Shown here: piece after piece, positions 14,030 through 22,104 of the stretch
How the letters are laid out: each line of letters opens with the position of its first letter
How positions within the stretch are numbered: position 1 is the stretch's first letter
IMG/VR virus record: IMGVR_UViG_3300031962_000004
Coordinates: 1 to 57,999 of that record
Strand: one strand, 5' to 3'
Source: a virus
DNA: 57,999 nucleotides
The notes under the pieces: model-generated
What the model was told of the DNA's origin: nothing
Seen by the model: only the letters and a program-made list of their open reading frames with translations
Database searches by the model: none
Program-made: the position numbers and the translations under genes

Positions 14030-14100
14030 GCGGCGCGGAGAGCGGAAAGGCGTCTCTTCCTCCGAAGGTACCTAACGCGATGACCCGCGCCGCCTTTTTG
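14030..14100 (+). terminator. GC-rich 9-bp stem enclosing a 46-nt structured loop, followed by CTTTTTG; possible 3' end of a small RNA
   Basis: GCGGCGCGG at 14030-14038 pairs with CCGCGCCGC at 14085-14093; T-run at 14094-14100. Confidence 0.3.
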
Positions 14101-14192
14101 CGTTAAATTATGCGGTACCAGACTTACCACTTCCTGCTGTTCGCCGTGATCGGTGCCGCGCTGGGGATGCTCCTGAGCAAATAAGCCTTGAT

Positions 14193-14220
14193 TTAAGTAC
14201 AGACGTGAGTTCATACTTAA
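14193..14220. promoter_or_regulatory. 28-bp imperfect dyad TTAAGTA-N14-TACTTAA directly upstream of the recombinase gene; candidate recombinase binding/crossover site
   Basis: Arms at 14193-14199 and 14214-14220; overlaps a putative TTGATT(14188)-N18-CATACT(14212) promoter. Confidence 0.35.
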
Positions 14221-14223
14221 TTC

Positions 14224-14871
14224 ATGACTAAGGCATTTGCATACTGCCGCTGCTCGACCCTCACCAACTCCGAGGGCGACACCTTCGTGCGCCAGATGAA
14301 GGCCATCAAGAGCTATGCGGGGGCGAATGGTATCGAGATCGAGCGCGGGTTCGAGGAAGTGATTACGGGTTCGACGGAATGGGGCCAGCGCCCAGCGTGG
14401 GTTGAGATGATCCGCGCCATGAACGGAGTTCGCACCATCGTGATAGAGCGTCTAGACCGGCTGGCCCGCGATCTGATGGTGCAGGAGCGCATAATCACGG
14501 ATCTTAAGGAGCGCGGAATTACCCTCGTGTCGGCCGCCGAGCCGGATCTGTGCTCGAACGACCCCACGCGGAAACTCATGCGGCACATCATGGGGGCAAT
14601 TTCCGAGTACGACAAGAGCATGATTGTGGCGAAACTCAAGGACGCCCGGAACCGATCGCGGGCGGACAAGGGGAAGTGCGAGGGCCGTAAGCCCTTCGGA
14701 TACCGCGACGGTGAGCAGGACATCATCGAGGAGATGCAGAAGCTTCGTGCGCTGGGGCACTCTTATTCCTCGATCGCCGACCAGCTGAACGTGAAGAAAA
14801 TGCCGTCCCGCACGGGAGCCGAGTGGCACGCCCCGGTGGTGCGCACGGTGATGCTGAGGAACCGCATTTGA
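14224..14871 (+). CDS. Serine recombinase, short form (215 aa): resolvase-type catalytic domain plus only the start of a large-serine-recombinase 'recombinase' domain
   Basis: AFAYCRCSTLTNSEGD (catalytic Ser region); IVIERLDRLARD; GRKPFGYRDGE...SIADQLN...WHAPVVRTVMLRN. Confidence 0.85.
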   Translation: MTKAFAYCRCSTLTNSEGDTFVRQMKAIKSYAGANGIEIERGFEEVITGSTEWGQRPAWVEMIRAMNGVRTIVIERLDRLARDLMVQERIITDLKERGITLVSAAEPDLCSNDPTRKLMRHIMGAISEYDKSMIVAKLKDARNRSRADKGKCEGRKPFGYRDGEQDIIEEMQKLRALGHSYSSIADQLNVKKMPSRTGAEWHAPVVRTVMLRNRI

Positions 14872-14881
14872 CGTTTGCGTG

Positions 14882-14887
14882 TATAAT
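14882..14887 (+). promoter_or_regulatory. TATAAT hexamer 8 nt upstream of the 14896 ATG (leaderless-type geometry)
   Basis: TATAAT at 14882-14887; no SD between it and the ATG. Confidence 0.3.
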
Positions 14888-14895
14888 TCACGCAG

Positions 14896-15504
14896 ATGGC
14901 AAAGAAGAAAAGCCGGGACAACCGGCTTGAGTTCATCGAACGCCAGCTTACCGCCTATGAGTTCGACGGAACCCTCGACGGAATCGCGAGCGTCATCAAG
15001 GCCCCGGAGGAAACCGAGCCGGGAGTCCGACGACGGCTAGTGGACCTGCTTCGCTCCGATGAGTCGATGGTGAAGTTCATCGAGTGTGCCGAGGCCCTCT
15101 TGCGGCGCCGCGGAGCGTCCTACCCCTCCCTCGACCTGCTCGCCGCTAAAGCGGGTCTCTCGACCGGGGAAGTGGTGGGCGCGATCGCGAAGGCGCTCCA
15201 CCGCTACAGTTTCGATTTCTCCCGGATCATCATGGCGTCCAACATGAGCCGCGTAGCCGCCACGCTCTCAAACGAAGCCGCGCGCCCCGAATCTTTCAGC
15301 GACCGTGCGTTATTCATGCGCGCCAACGGACACTTGCCGTCCGGCGGAGGTACGCATGTGAACGTGCTGGCTAGCGCGAATGCTAGGTCAGAGGCGAAGG
15401 TAGAGGCAGTTGTTACTCCTACCGGGCTGCCGTCTTTCGAGTCCCGTATGAAGTCCAATATCGCCGCCATCAGGACCATCAATGTACTCCCAGAAAACCG
15501 TTGA
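14896..15504 (+). CDS. Putative small terminase subunit (assigned by position only)
   Basis: 202-aa ORF immediately upstream of, and overlapping, terL; no motif recognised. Confidence 0.4.
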   Translation: MAKKKSRDNRLEFIERQLTAYEFDGTLDGIASVIKAPEETEPGVRRRLVDLLRSDESMVKFIECAEALLRRRGASYPSLDLLAAKAGLSTGEVVGAIAKALHRYSFDFSRIIMASNMSRVAATLSNEAARPESFSDRALFMRANGHLPSGGGTHVNVLASANARSEAKVEAVVTPTGLPSFESRMKSNIAAIRTINVLPENR

Positions 15505-17629
15505 GGAAAGCCTCAAACTTCTGGAACAAGCGTTGGGATGGGAACCTCAGTTTCATTCGGTGTCGCAGTGCGATCAGGCGGCGGAACACTTCAATGTGAA
15601 ACTTCAGCGCAACATCGAGGAATACGGGGAAGGTCACGAGAATGAGATTCGTTTCAACGAAGAAGAGAGGCGTTGGATTGAAAACGAGTCCTCGATTTGC
15701 CAGATCGACTACCTGTACTACGCCACCCGCTACGCGTTCCTGAATGTCAATAACGAAATCATCCACTATGTACCGAGATTAAGTCAGCAGATCGCCAACG
15801 ACGTGCGCGCCCAGATCGAGGATCTCGAGTGGGCGATCATCATGATGATCTTGAAGGCCCGCCAGGTAGGCATCACCACCGACAGCCAGGTGGTCATTTC
15901 TCATAGGACGATGTTTTTCCCGAACGTGGTAGCCTTGACGGGCTCGGCCGACAAAGACAAGTCCGACATCATGCTCGAAAAGTACCGGCTGCTCTATGAG
16001 AACCTGCCGTACTGGATGCGCCCGGCCATCACGCGCGACCGCAGCGGGTCCTTCATGAAGTTCGGCGCCCTGAATTCCCAACTGATCGTCCAGCACGGGC
16101 GCCAGATGACCGGAATCGGACGCGGCAACACCCCTACCGCCGTTCACTTGAGCGAGCTTGCGGAGTTCGAGAATCCCGAGACCCTGATTGACGCGGGACT
16201 CCTCCCTGGCATCCACGAATCGCCCGAGATTCTTTTCATTTTGGAATCGACCGCCAACGGCCCGCATAACTGGTGGTACCGAAAGTGGCAGTTCTCCAAA
16301 GGCAATTACTGGGACGGGCGCGCGAAGTTCTGCCCCATGTTTCTCCCCTGGTTCACGGCGCCCGATATCTACCCGACCGCCGGCTGGCTACGGCAGCACG
16401 CGATACCGCTAGACTGGTCGCCGCTCTCGGTGACGCAAGCCCACGCGGAACGGGCTTATAAGAGCGTGCGCGCCAACGACGTTCTGCGCAAGTATTTCCC
16501 GGAGAACTGGAGGATGCCCCGGGAGCAGATGTGGTTCTGGGAGGTGACCAGGGAGGAGCACCGGGCCTCGAACGAACTGGATGTTTTTCAGCGCGAATAC
16601 TGCGCCGACGATCTGGAGGCCTTCACCGCTTCGGGGATGAGCGTGTTCGATGTCGATACCATCAGCGAGTACAACAACGCCTGCGTCGAGCCGAAAGCCA
16701 TGTTTGCCTTCCGGGCGAACGAGAGTGTGATTCCCTCGCGCTTCCATCCGCAGTTGAACGAAGTCGATGCTTCGCGTAAACCCATCGACATGGGCCGATA
16801 CCAGCTGGTCCCCTGCAAGTGGCAAGGCTGGGAGCAGACCAATATCGACGGCCGGATGCTAGTGTTTCAGTGGCCCGAGGAGTTCGAGGAGTACGTGCTA
16901 GGCGTTGATACCTCGGACGGAATCGGCAAGGACCGGAGCGTGGTCGAGATCATCCGCAAAGGAACCGCGACCCGCAACGACGAGCAGGTGTGCGAACTCG
17001 CGTCTCCCTACATCAACGCTGAGGACCTGGCCCCGATGGTGCACGCCATGGCGCTGCTTTATCAGAACGGCCAGCAGCGCCAGCCTAAGATCGTGATCGA
17101 GACCGGACGGAACGGTGAGCTTACGCAGCTTGTGCTCAAGATGCTGGGCTGGGGCAACTTCCACTCCTGGGTGCGCTACGACCGCAAGAAAATCGAGCCT
17201 GGAAAGGCCGTGCGGCTCGGGTGGGTGACTAATTCCTGGTCTCGCCCCATGATGATGGACAAGATCGTGAAAGGCTTGCGCGACGGAACTATCGACATCA
17301 ACAGCCGCGAGTTCGTGCGCGAGATGCAGTCGCTCCACCGCGACTGGGACGCGCAGGACGCACGGGCAGAATTCGGAGCCTTCGACGACCGCATCATGGC
17401 TCTGGGGATCGCCTACTTCTGCGCCCATATCCTCGAATTCTCGGGCGCGGCCAAGGACGTGACGTACTTGCGTGAGCAGCGCCAGGATCAGTATGCGTGG
17501 CGGTACCGGGCAAAGATGTATGATGACCATGAGATGAGGCCCACGAAAGAAAAGAGCGGCGACACGGTGCTGGTTCCGCTCCACCCCGGCTCGTATTCGG
17601 GCGGGGACAGTTGGGAGGACAGCGAATAA
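15482..17629 (+). CDS. terL: Terminase large subunit
   Basis: ILKARQVGITT (Walker A-like); TAVHLSELAEF; LESTANGPHNWWY; nuclease-region VLGVDTSDGIGKDRSV. Confidence 0.85.
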   Translation: MYSQKTVEESLKLLEQALGWEPQFHSVSQCDQAAEHFNVKLQRNIEEYGEGHENEIRFNEEERRWIENESSICQIDYLYYATRYAFLNVNNEIIHYVPRLSQQIANDVRAQIEDLEWAIIMMILKARQVGITTDSQVVISHRTMFFPNVVALTGSADKDKSDIMLEKYRLLYENLPYWMRPAITRDRSGSFMKFGALNSQLIVQHGRQMTGIGRGNTPTAVHLSELAEFENPETLIDAGLLPGIHESPEILFILESTANGPHNWWYRKWQFSKGNYWDGRAKFCPMFLPWFTAPDIYPTAGWLRQHAIPLDWSPLSVTQAHAERAYKSVRANDVLRKYFPENWRMPREQMWFWEVTREEHRASNELDVFQREYCADDLEAFTASGMSVFDVDTISEYNNACVEPKAMFAFRANESVIPSRFHPQLNEVDASRKPIDMGRYQLVPCKWQGWEQTNIDGRMLVFQWPEEFEEYVLGVDTSDGIGKDRSVVEIIRKGTATRNDEQVCELASPYINAEDLAPMVHAMALLYQNGQQRQPKIVIETGRNGELTQLVLKMLGWGNFHSWVRYDRKKIEPGKAVRLGWVTNSWSRPMMMDKIVKGLRDGTIDINSREFVREMQSLHRDWDAQDARAEFGAFDDRIMALGIAYFCAHILEFSGAAKDVTYLREQRQDQYAWRYRAKMYDDHEMRPTKEKSGDTVLVPLHPGSYSGGDSWEDSE

Positions 17630-18192
17630 TGCCGATGCACGACTACCACTGCCCCGCCTGCTCACACGAGTTCGAGCGCTTCCTACACGTCTCGGAGTGC
17701 GATTCGGCAGTGTTCTGCGAGCAGTGCGGAGCCTCGGCCGATCGCGCTTACGTGTACCAGCGCCCGCATTCCTATGGAGGCTTAACCGATCCCGTGGTGG
17801 TGTACAAGAACCCGGACGGTACGTACGGAATTCCCGGCACGCGCGATGCCCGTATCCCCGAAGGAAGCGAGCGCATAGAACTGCGTAGCGCGGCGGACGT
17901 GCGGCGCGTAGAGCGCGAGATGACGCAGCACGAATACTCCAAGTTCGTCTCAAAGCAGGAGCGCGAGGAGCAGACCTTCGGGGCCGCGCACGCCGAGAAA
18001 CGCGCGGAGTTGCGCGAGAAGATGCGGAACTTTAGCGAGCGGGGCAAGGCATTTGCGCGTGTGGCCATGCAGCAGAATGACAACGCGCATCGCAAACGTT
18101 TCCAGACCAATACGTTTTTTGACGCCTTCTCGAACGACGCCTCGAATCGCGACGGATACCGGGGAGAGGATCACCGGCTGGGCCGAAAATAA
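17629..18192 (+). CDS. FmdB-type zinc-ribbon protein with a charged C-terminal extension
   Basis: MPMHDYHCPACSHEFE...CEQCGA; TAATG overlap with the terL stop. Confidence 0.6.
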   Translation: MPMHDYHCPACSHEFERFLHVSECDSAVFCEQCGASADRAYVYQRPHSYGGLTDPVVVYKNPDGTYGIPGTRDARIPEGSERIELRSAADVRRVEREMTQHEYSKFVSKQEREEQTFGAAHAEKRAELREKMRNFSERGKAFARVAMQQNDNAHRKRFQTNTFFDAFSNDASNRDGYRGEDHRLGRK

Positions 18193-20226
18193 ATGGCTGA
18201 CTACGTTAACGACTACGCCTTTCCTGATTTCCTGAAGCGTCAGGACGCCCGCAATGAACGTCAGTTCGACGACAGAGTGCTACGCCACTCGATGCTCATG
18301 CGCGACTGGGGCAAGAGCTTCATCGAAGCGCAGCCCCCCTACCGCGAGATCGACCGTTCGCTAGACATCCTGCGCCGCGACATGGAGCCGAACTTGGCGG
18401 CGGGACTGTCGCGTATCTCGGTCAACCGGATCAAGCGCGAGTCGCGCGACATCGTGGCCTCGATCGCGAATCTCCGTCCCATGGAGAACGCGCGGTCTCA
18501 CAACCCCGACATGGCGGATGGGATTTACCAGTTGAACAAGCTCTGCAAATACTGGTGGGTGAATACCTTTGCCGACCGCAAATACCGCGAGTGCTGCCAA
18601 TACGCCTCGGGGCTCGGAACCGGATACGCGCTACCCTGGTGGGACGACAACTACTACGGGCATGGGCGCGGCGACATCGCGATCAAGACGGCGGGTCCGT
18701 TATCGGTGTACCCGGTGATGATTACCAAGGATTTCGACCTCCAGAAAGCCTATACCGTCACCTACGTAGAGGAAACCCCGCTCCATATCGTGATCGCTAG
18801 TTTCCCGCATAAGGCGCACCTAATCCAGCCCACCCGTAACATGCCGGGTTGGATGGACAAGGCAGTAGAGAAGGCCAAGACCGCGGTGAACGGAGTCATG
18901 GGAATTTTACAGACTCCCATGAACGCGAATCTGGGACAGATGCCCACGACCGACGTGTACTACAGCTACACGCTTGACCCGAGTGTGAACAACACCGGGC
19001 GGCGCCTCTCGATGGGGAAGCCTGGAACAAGCTGGCACTACGAGGTTCCCTACATCGGGGAAGAGATCCCAGCCGGCGTGAACGACATTCGCGGAAATCC
19101 ACTAAGCCGAAAAGCCACCGCGGAGGACTGCCGGATCTTCCCGCTCCGCCGCTTGACGATCTGGACCGAGACGTGTCTGTTGCAGGACGACACCAGCCCT
19201 TTCCTGCACGGGCGTTTCCCCGGAGTGCAGTTGCGCTTCGACGATTACCCGTGGGATTTTCTGGGCTACTCGATCACGCACGACACCTGGAAGATCCAGC
19301 GCGCACGCAATCGAATGCTGCGCGCGATGTGCGACTCCTTCGATGTTCGCTTGCAGCCTCCGCTTGCCTACGACGAGAATGTTTTCTCGGATGCTTTCAT
19401 GGCCAAGCTCAACACCCGCAAGCCGGGGCAGTCAGTCAAGATGAATATGAGCATGGGAGAGGCTCTCAAGCCCGTGCTTCCGGTCCAGCACTGGGATGTC
19501 CCAGCGTGGTGCATCCAGCTCTACACGCAACTCGGCGAGGAGCAGGACAACCTCGCGATCGTTAAGGACCTGACCGCGCTCGCCAAGGCCAAGCAGGTGC
19601 CATCGTCAGATTCCATAGAGAAGATTCTTGAAATGGCGGGCCCGGTCGTGCAGGATATCGCGAGGGGAGGCGAGAAGTTCATTTCGGAATTCGCGATGCT
19701 GTGGTATCCGCTGGCGTTGCAGTTCTACCCCACCGTCAAAAAGATCAAGGTGCTGGGCGAGGGATCGTTCAGCGAAGAGGACGGGGACTTCACGCCCGGT
19801 TCGCTCGTGGCCAGTCATCTTCCGGGAGAAGACAAGGCGCGGCCCTCGATCTTCCAGTTGTGGCAGCGGGTGCGGTGGACCATCGAGCAGATGTCTTACG
19901 AGATCGAGCCCTATTCGCAGGCCCAGGTATCGCGCATCGGTCGGGTCCTAATCCTGCTTCAGATGGCTAAGGCCGGGATGCCGATTGACCCGTGGACCAT
20001 CACCAAAGCCGCCAACATCGATATCGGAGAAGAGCCCGAAGGCACGACCAACGCGATGATGCGCTGGGTGGCGTTCAACAAGATGAAGGCCGAAGCAGCG
20101 GCAGAGGCCCAGCAGATGTTGCAGCAGGGCCAGCAGGGACCGGGCCGGCCGAATAGCAACAAAGCTGCCCCGCAAATTCGCCAAAAAGATGGCGGCACAC
20201 GCTCTACGGTATCCACCAGCCGATGA
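18193..20226 (+). CDS. Portal protein (assigned by position and size)
   Basis: 677 aa, directly after the terminase genes and before scaffold and coat. Confidence 0.65.
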   Translation: MADYVNDYAFPDFLKRQDARNERQFDDRVLRHSMLMRDWGKSFIEAQPPYREIDRSLDILRRDMEPNLAAGLSRISVNRIKRESRDIVASIANLRPMENARSHNPDMADGIYQLNKLCKYWWVNTFADRKYRECCQYASGLGTGYALPWWDDNYYGHGRGDIAIKTAGPLSVYPVMITKDFDLQKAYTVTYVEETPLHIVIASFPHKAHLIQPTRNMPGWMDKAVEKAKTAVNGVMGILQTPMNANLGQMPTTDVYYSYTLDPSVNNTGRRLSMGKPGTSWHYEVPYIGEEIPAGVNDIRGNPLSRKATAEDCRIFPLRRLTIWTETCLLQDDTSPFLHGRFPGVQLRFDDYPWDFLGYSITHDTWKIQRARNRMLRAMCDSFDVRLQPPLAYDENVFSDAFMAKLNTRKPGQSVKMNMSMGEALKPVLPVQHWDVPAWCIQLYTQLGEEQDNLAIVKDLTALAKAKQVPSSDSIEKILEMAGPVVQDIARGGEKFISEFAMLWYPLALQFYPTVKKIKVLGEGSFSEEDGDFTPGSLVASHLPGEDKARPSIFQLWQRVRWTIEQMSYEIEPYSQAQVSRIGRVLILLQMAKAGMPIDPWTITKAANIDIGEEPEGTTNAMMRWVAFNKMKAEAAAEAQQMLQQGQQGPGRPNSNKAAPQIRQKDGGTRSTVSTSR

Positions 20227-20426
20227 AACACTATCCCGTGAGCGCTCTTCGCGGCGTCTGGGACATGATCTCCGAGGGTCAGAAAACCGGAAGTCTGACC
20301 CTCAATTTCAGCCAGGGAAGCCTATCGGGCACGGTAAACTGGCGGGAGCGCGAAGATACTAACTTGACAAAGGACTCCCAAAGGGGTCAGACTGTACCTG
20401 ACGTTAACTCGGCGAACTGTCGCTAG
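20223..20426 (+). CDS. Hypothetical protein, 67 aa
   Basis: Track ORF; ATGA overlap with the portal stop. Confidence 0.5.
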   Translation: MKHYPVSALRGVWDMISEGQKTGSLTLNFSQGSLSGTVNWREREDTNLTKDSQRGQTVPDVNSANCR

Positions 20427-20442
20427 GAATTGAATTACGACA

Positions 20443-20484
20443 AGCGCTGGAGGCCCCAAGGGTTTCCAGCGCTTTTTGTTTTTT
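20443..20484 (+). terminator. Rho-independent terminator
   Basis: AGCGCTGGA...TCCAGCGCT 9-bp stem followed by TTTTTGTTTTTT. Confidence 0.75.
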
Positions 20485-20500
20485 AGAAAGGAGAAATACC

Positions 20501-20557
20501 ATGGTTGATTTTGGTCGCGTTGCCGGAAAGCGGCGCGGAAAGCGTCACAAGAAGTAG
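20501..20557 (+). CDS. Ultra-basic micro-ORF, 18 aa (MVDFGRVAGKRRGKRHKK)
   Basis: AAAGGAG upstream (7-nt gap to the ATG); TAG at 20555-20557. Confidence 0.35.
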   Translation: MVDFGRVAGKRRGKRHKK

Positions 20558-20679
20558 TTCCATCTTCCGCGTGAACGAGCGGCGGCAACGCCGGTCCCCT
20601 TTTCGCGGAGGGTTTGGATAACGCGGAGGAAGAGGGCTTGCGACCGAATCCTCCACACAATCACAAAGGAGCCTACCCC

Positions 20680-20772
20680 ATGAAGAAAATGAAGCGCGGC
20701 GGAAAGAAAATGCGGAAAGGCGCCAAGCTCACCACGCCGATGCGCGGAGTGAAGGGCGGAAGCAAGTACTAG
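20680..20772 (+). CDS. Ultra-basic micro-ORF, 30 aa (MKKMKRGGKKMRKGAKLTTPMRGVKGGSKY)
   Basis: AAAGGAG 8 nt upstream; TAG at 20770-20772. Confidence 0.4.
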   Translation: MKKMKRGGKKMRKGAKLTTPMRGVKGGSKY

Positions 20773-20782
20773 TCTTTTAACC

Positions 20783-21091
20783 ATGGCCGCACTCGCCACA
20801 CCATCCCCCGAGCAACAATCCCCCATGTCCTCGCTCGCGCCTTACCAGGCGGCCGCGTCCGACACTCCGAGCCTCGGCTCGGGTCAGGATCTTGCTCGGA
20901 AGCAAGTGGAGAGCGCCATGGAACAGATCCGTTCGGCCAACACGCTACTTGACGGGCTGGCCTCTCAATTTCCCGCAGCAGCGCAGGAAGTCGATGCCGC
21001 TAAAAAGATGCTCGTCAAGGTGACGGTGAAGATCGTCGGATCGCAGTCGCAATCGGAAGCGCCTCAAACGCCCACCGGGGTGATGGGATGA
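20783..21091 (+). CDS. Hypothetical head-module protein, 102 aa
   Basis: Track ORF. Confidence 0.55.
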   Translation: MAALATPSPEQQSPMSSLAPYQAAASDTPSLGSGQDLARKQVESAMEQIRSANTLLDGLASQFPAAAQEVDAAKKMLVKVTVKIVGSQSQSEAPQTPTGVMG

Positions 21092-21189
21092 AGAGCCACG
21101 ATTTAACTCCGCAGCCCGAACCAGGGAAGGACCGCAGCCGGTTAACTCCGGAAGGACCGCAGCCCAGCGGAAGGGAAGGACGTGAGTGA
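21088..21189 (+). CDS. Possible 33-aa coupled ORF with an internal peptide repeat; alternatively a repeat-rich leader of the scaffold gene
   Basis: ATGA overlap at the start and TGATG overlap at the end; MKSHDLTPQPEPGKDRSRLTPEGPQPSGREGRE. Confidence 0.3.
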   Translation: MKSHDLTPQPEPGKDRSRLTPEGPQPSGREGRE

Positions 21190-22085
21190 TGGACGTAGCG
21201 AAATTGTTGGACGAACTTGGTGCCACTGGCGAGGACCGCACCGCCGTGGAGACTTTTTTCTCGAAGAACACGAAAGCCGCCGAAACCGTTTCGGGATGGC
21301 GGGAAAACGGTCTTCGCCAGTCCGATTACGACCGGAAGATGAATATGCTCAAGGCCGAGGTGGAGTCCGAAAAGACCCGCATCGCCGAAAGCGAGAGAAC
21401 CTTGGTCACCACGCGGGACACCATGAATTCTCAATACACCAAGGCGCTCGCCGACCGGGAAGCCGCCGAAACACGGCTCGCCGCGGTACAGGCGCGCATC
21501 AACCGGGTCGCCACCGAGTACAGTGTACCCGTGACGGAGTTCGGCATCGACGCTCCGGCGAACGATACGAATAACCCTCCCCGGAGGGAACCCGCCAACA
21601 ATCCTCAGAACGATCCCCAGTACGTGAGCAGGCAGGATTTTGATACCCTGACCGATCTGACCAAGCGGTTGCCGATGCTGCCGGTGACCCTGATGAAGCT
21701 GCAACGCGAGTACCACGACCTATTCGGGACGTATTTCGACGAGCAGACCGTGATCGACAAGGCGCTAGAACTCAAGAAGCCCATCGAGCAGGTGGCGGAC
21801 CTGATGTTCGGGATGACGACCAAGCGTGCGGAAAAGCACGACGCGGAGATCCGTCAGGCCGCAGTGACCGAGACCGAGAATCGCTTGAAGGCCGAGTACA
21901 GCAAGCGCGAAGTGAACCCCATGCGCCCGGATCTGGCCGCCAAGCCAGGCCCGGTGTTCGAGCTGAAGACGCCGGCTCCCAATGGAGTTGCTGGCCCCAG
22001 GCCGGATCGCTTACAGAGTGGGGTGGAAGCCGCCGTGCAGGCTTTCAGGGAGCATAAGTACGCACCGAAGGAACAAGTTCAGTAA
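21189..22085 (+). CDS. Scaffolding protein (assigned by position and composition)
   Basis: 298 aa, coiled-coil-rich and charged, directly upstream of the coat gene; GGAAGGA 8 nt upstream. Confidence 0.6.
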   Translation: MDVAKLLDELGATGEDRTAVETFFSKNTKAAETVSGWRENGLRQSDYDRKMNMLKAEVESEKTRIAESERTLVTTRDTMNSQYTKALADREAAETRLAAVQARINRVATEYSVPVTEFGIDAPANDTNNPPRREPANNPQNDPQYVSRQDFDTLTDLTKRLPMLPVTLMKLQREYHDLFGTYFDEQTVIDKALELKKPIEQVADLMFGMTTKRAEKHDAEIRQAAVTETENRLKAEYSKREVNPMRPDLAAKPGPVFELKTPAPNGVAGPRPDRLQSGVEAAVQAFREHKYAPKEQVQ

Positions 22086-22104
22086 GTAAAAGGGAGACTC
22101 TTTC

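Noticed and set aside
14030-14093. 64-nt structure closed by a 9-bp GC stem, considered as a tRNA
   Set aside because: It is too short, has no T-loop or D-loop consensus, and the internal arms do not form a cloverleaf. It is kept only as a possible terminator or sRNA 3' end.
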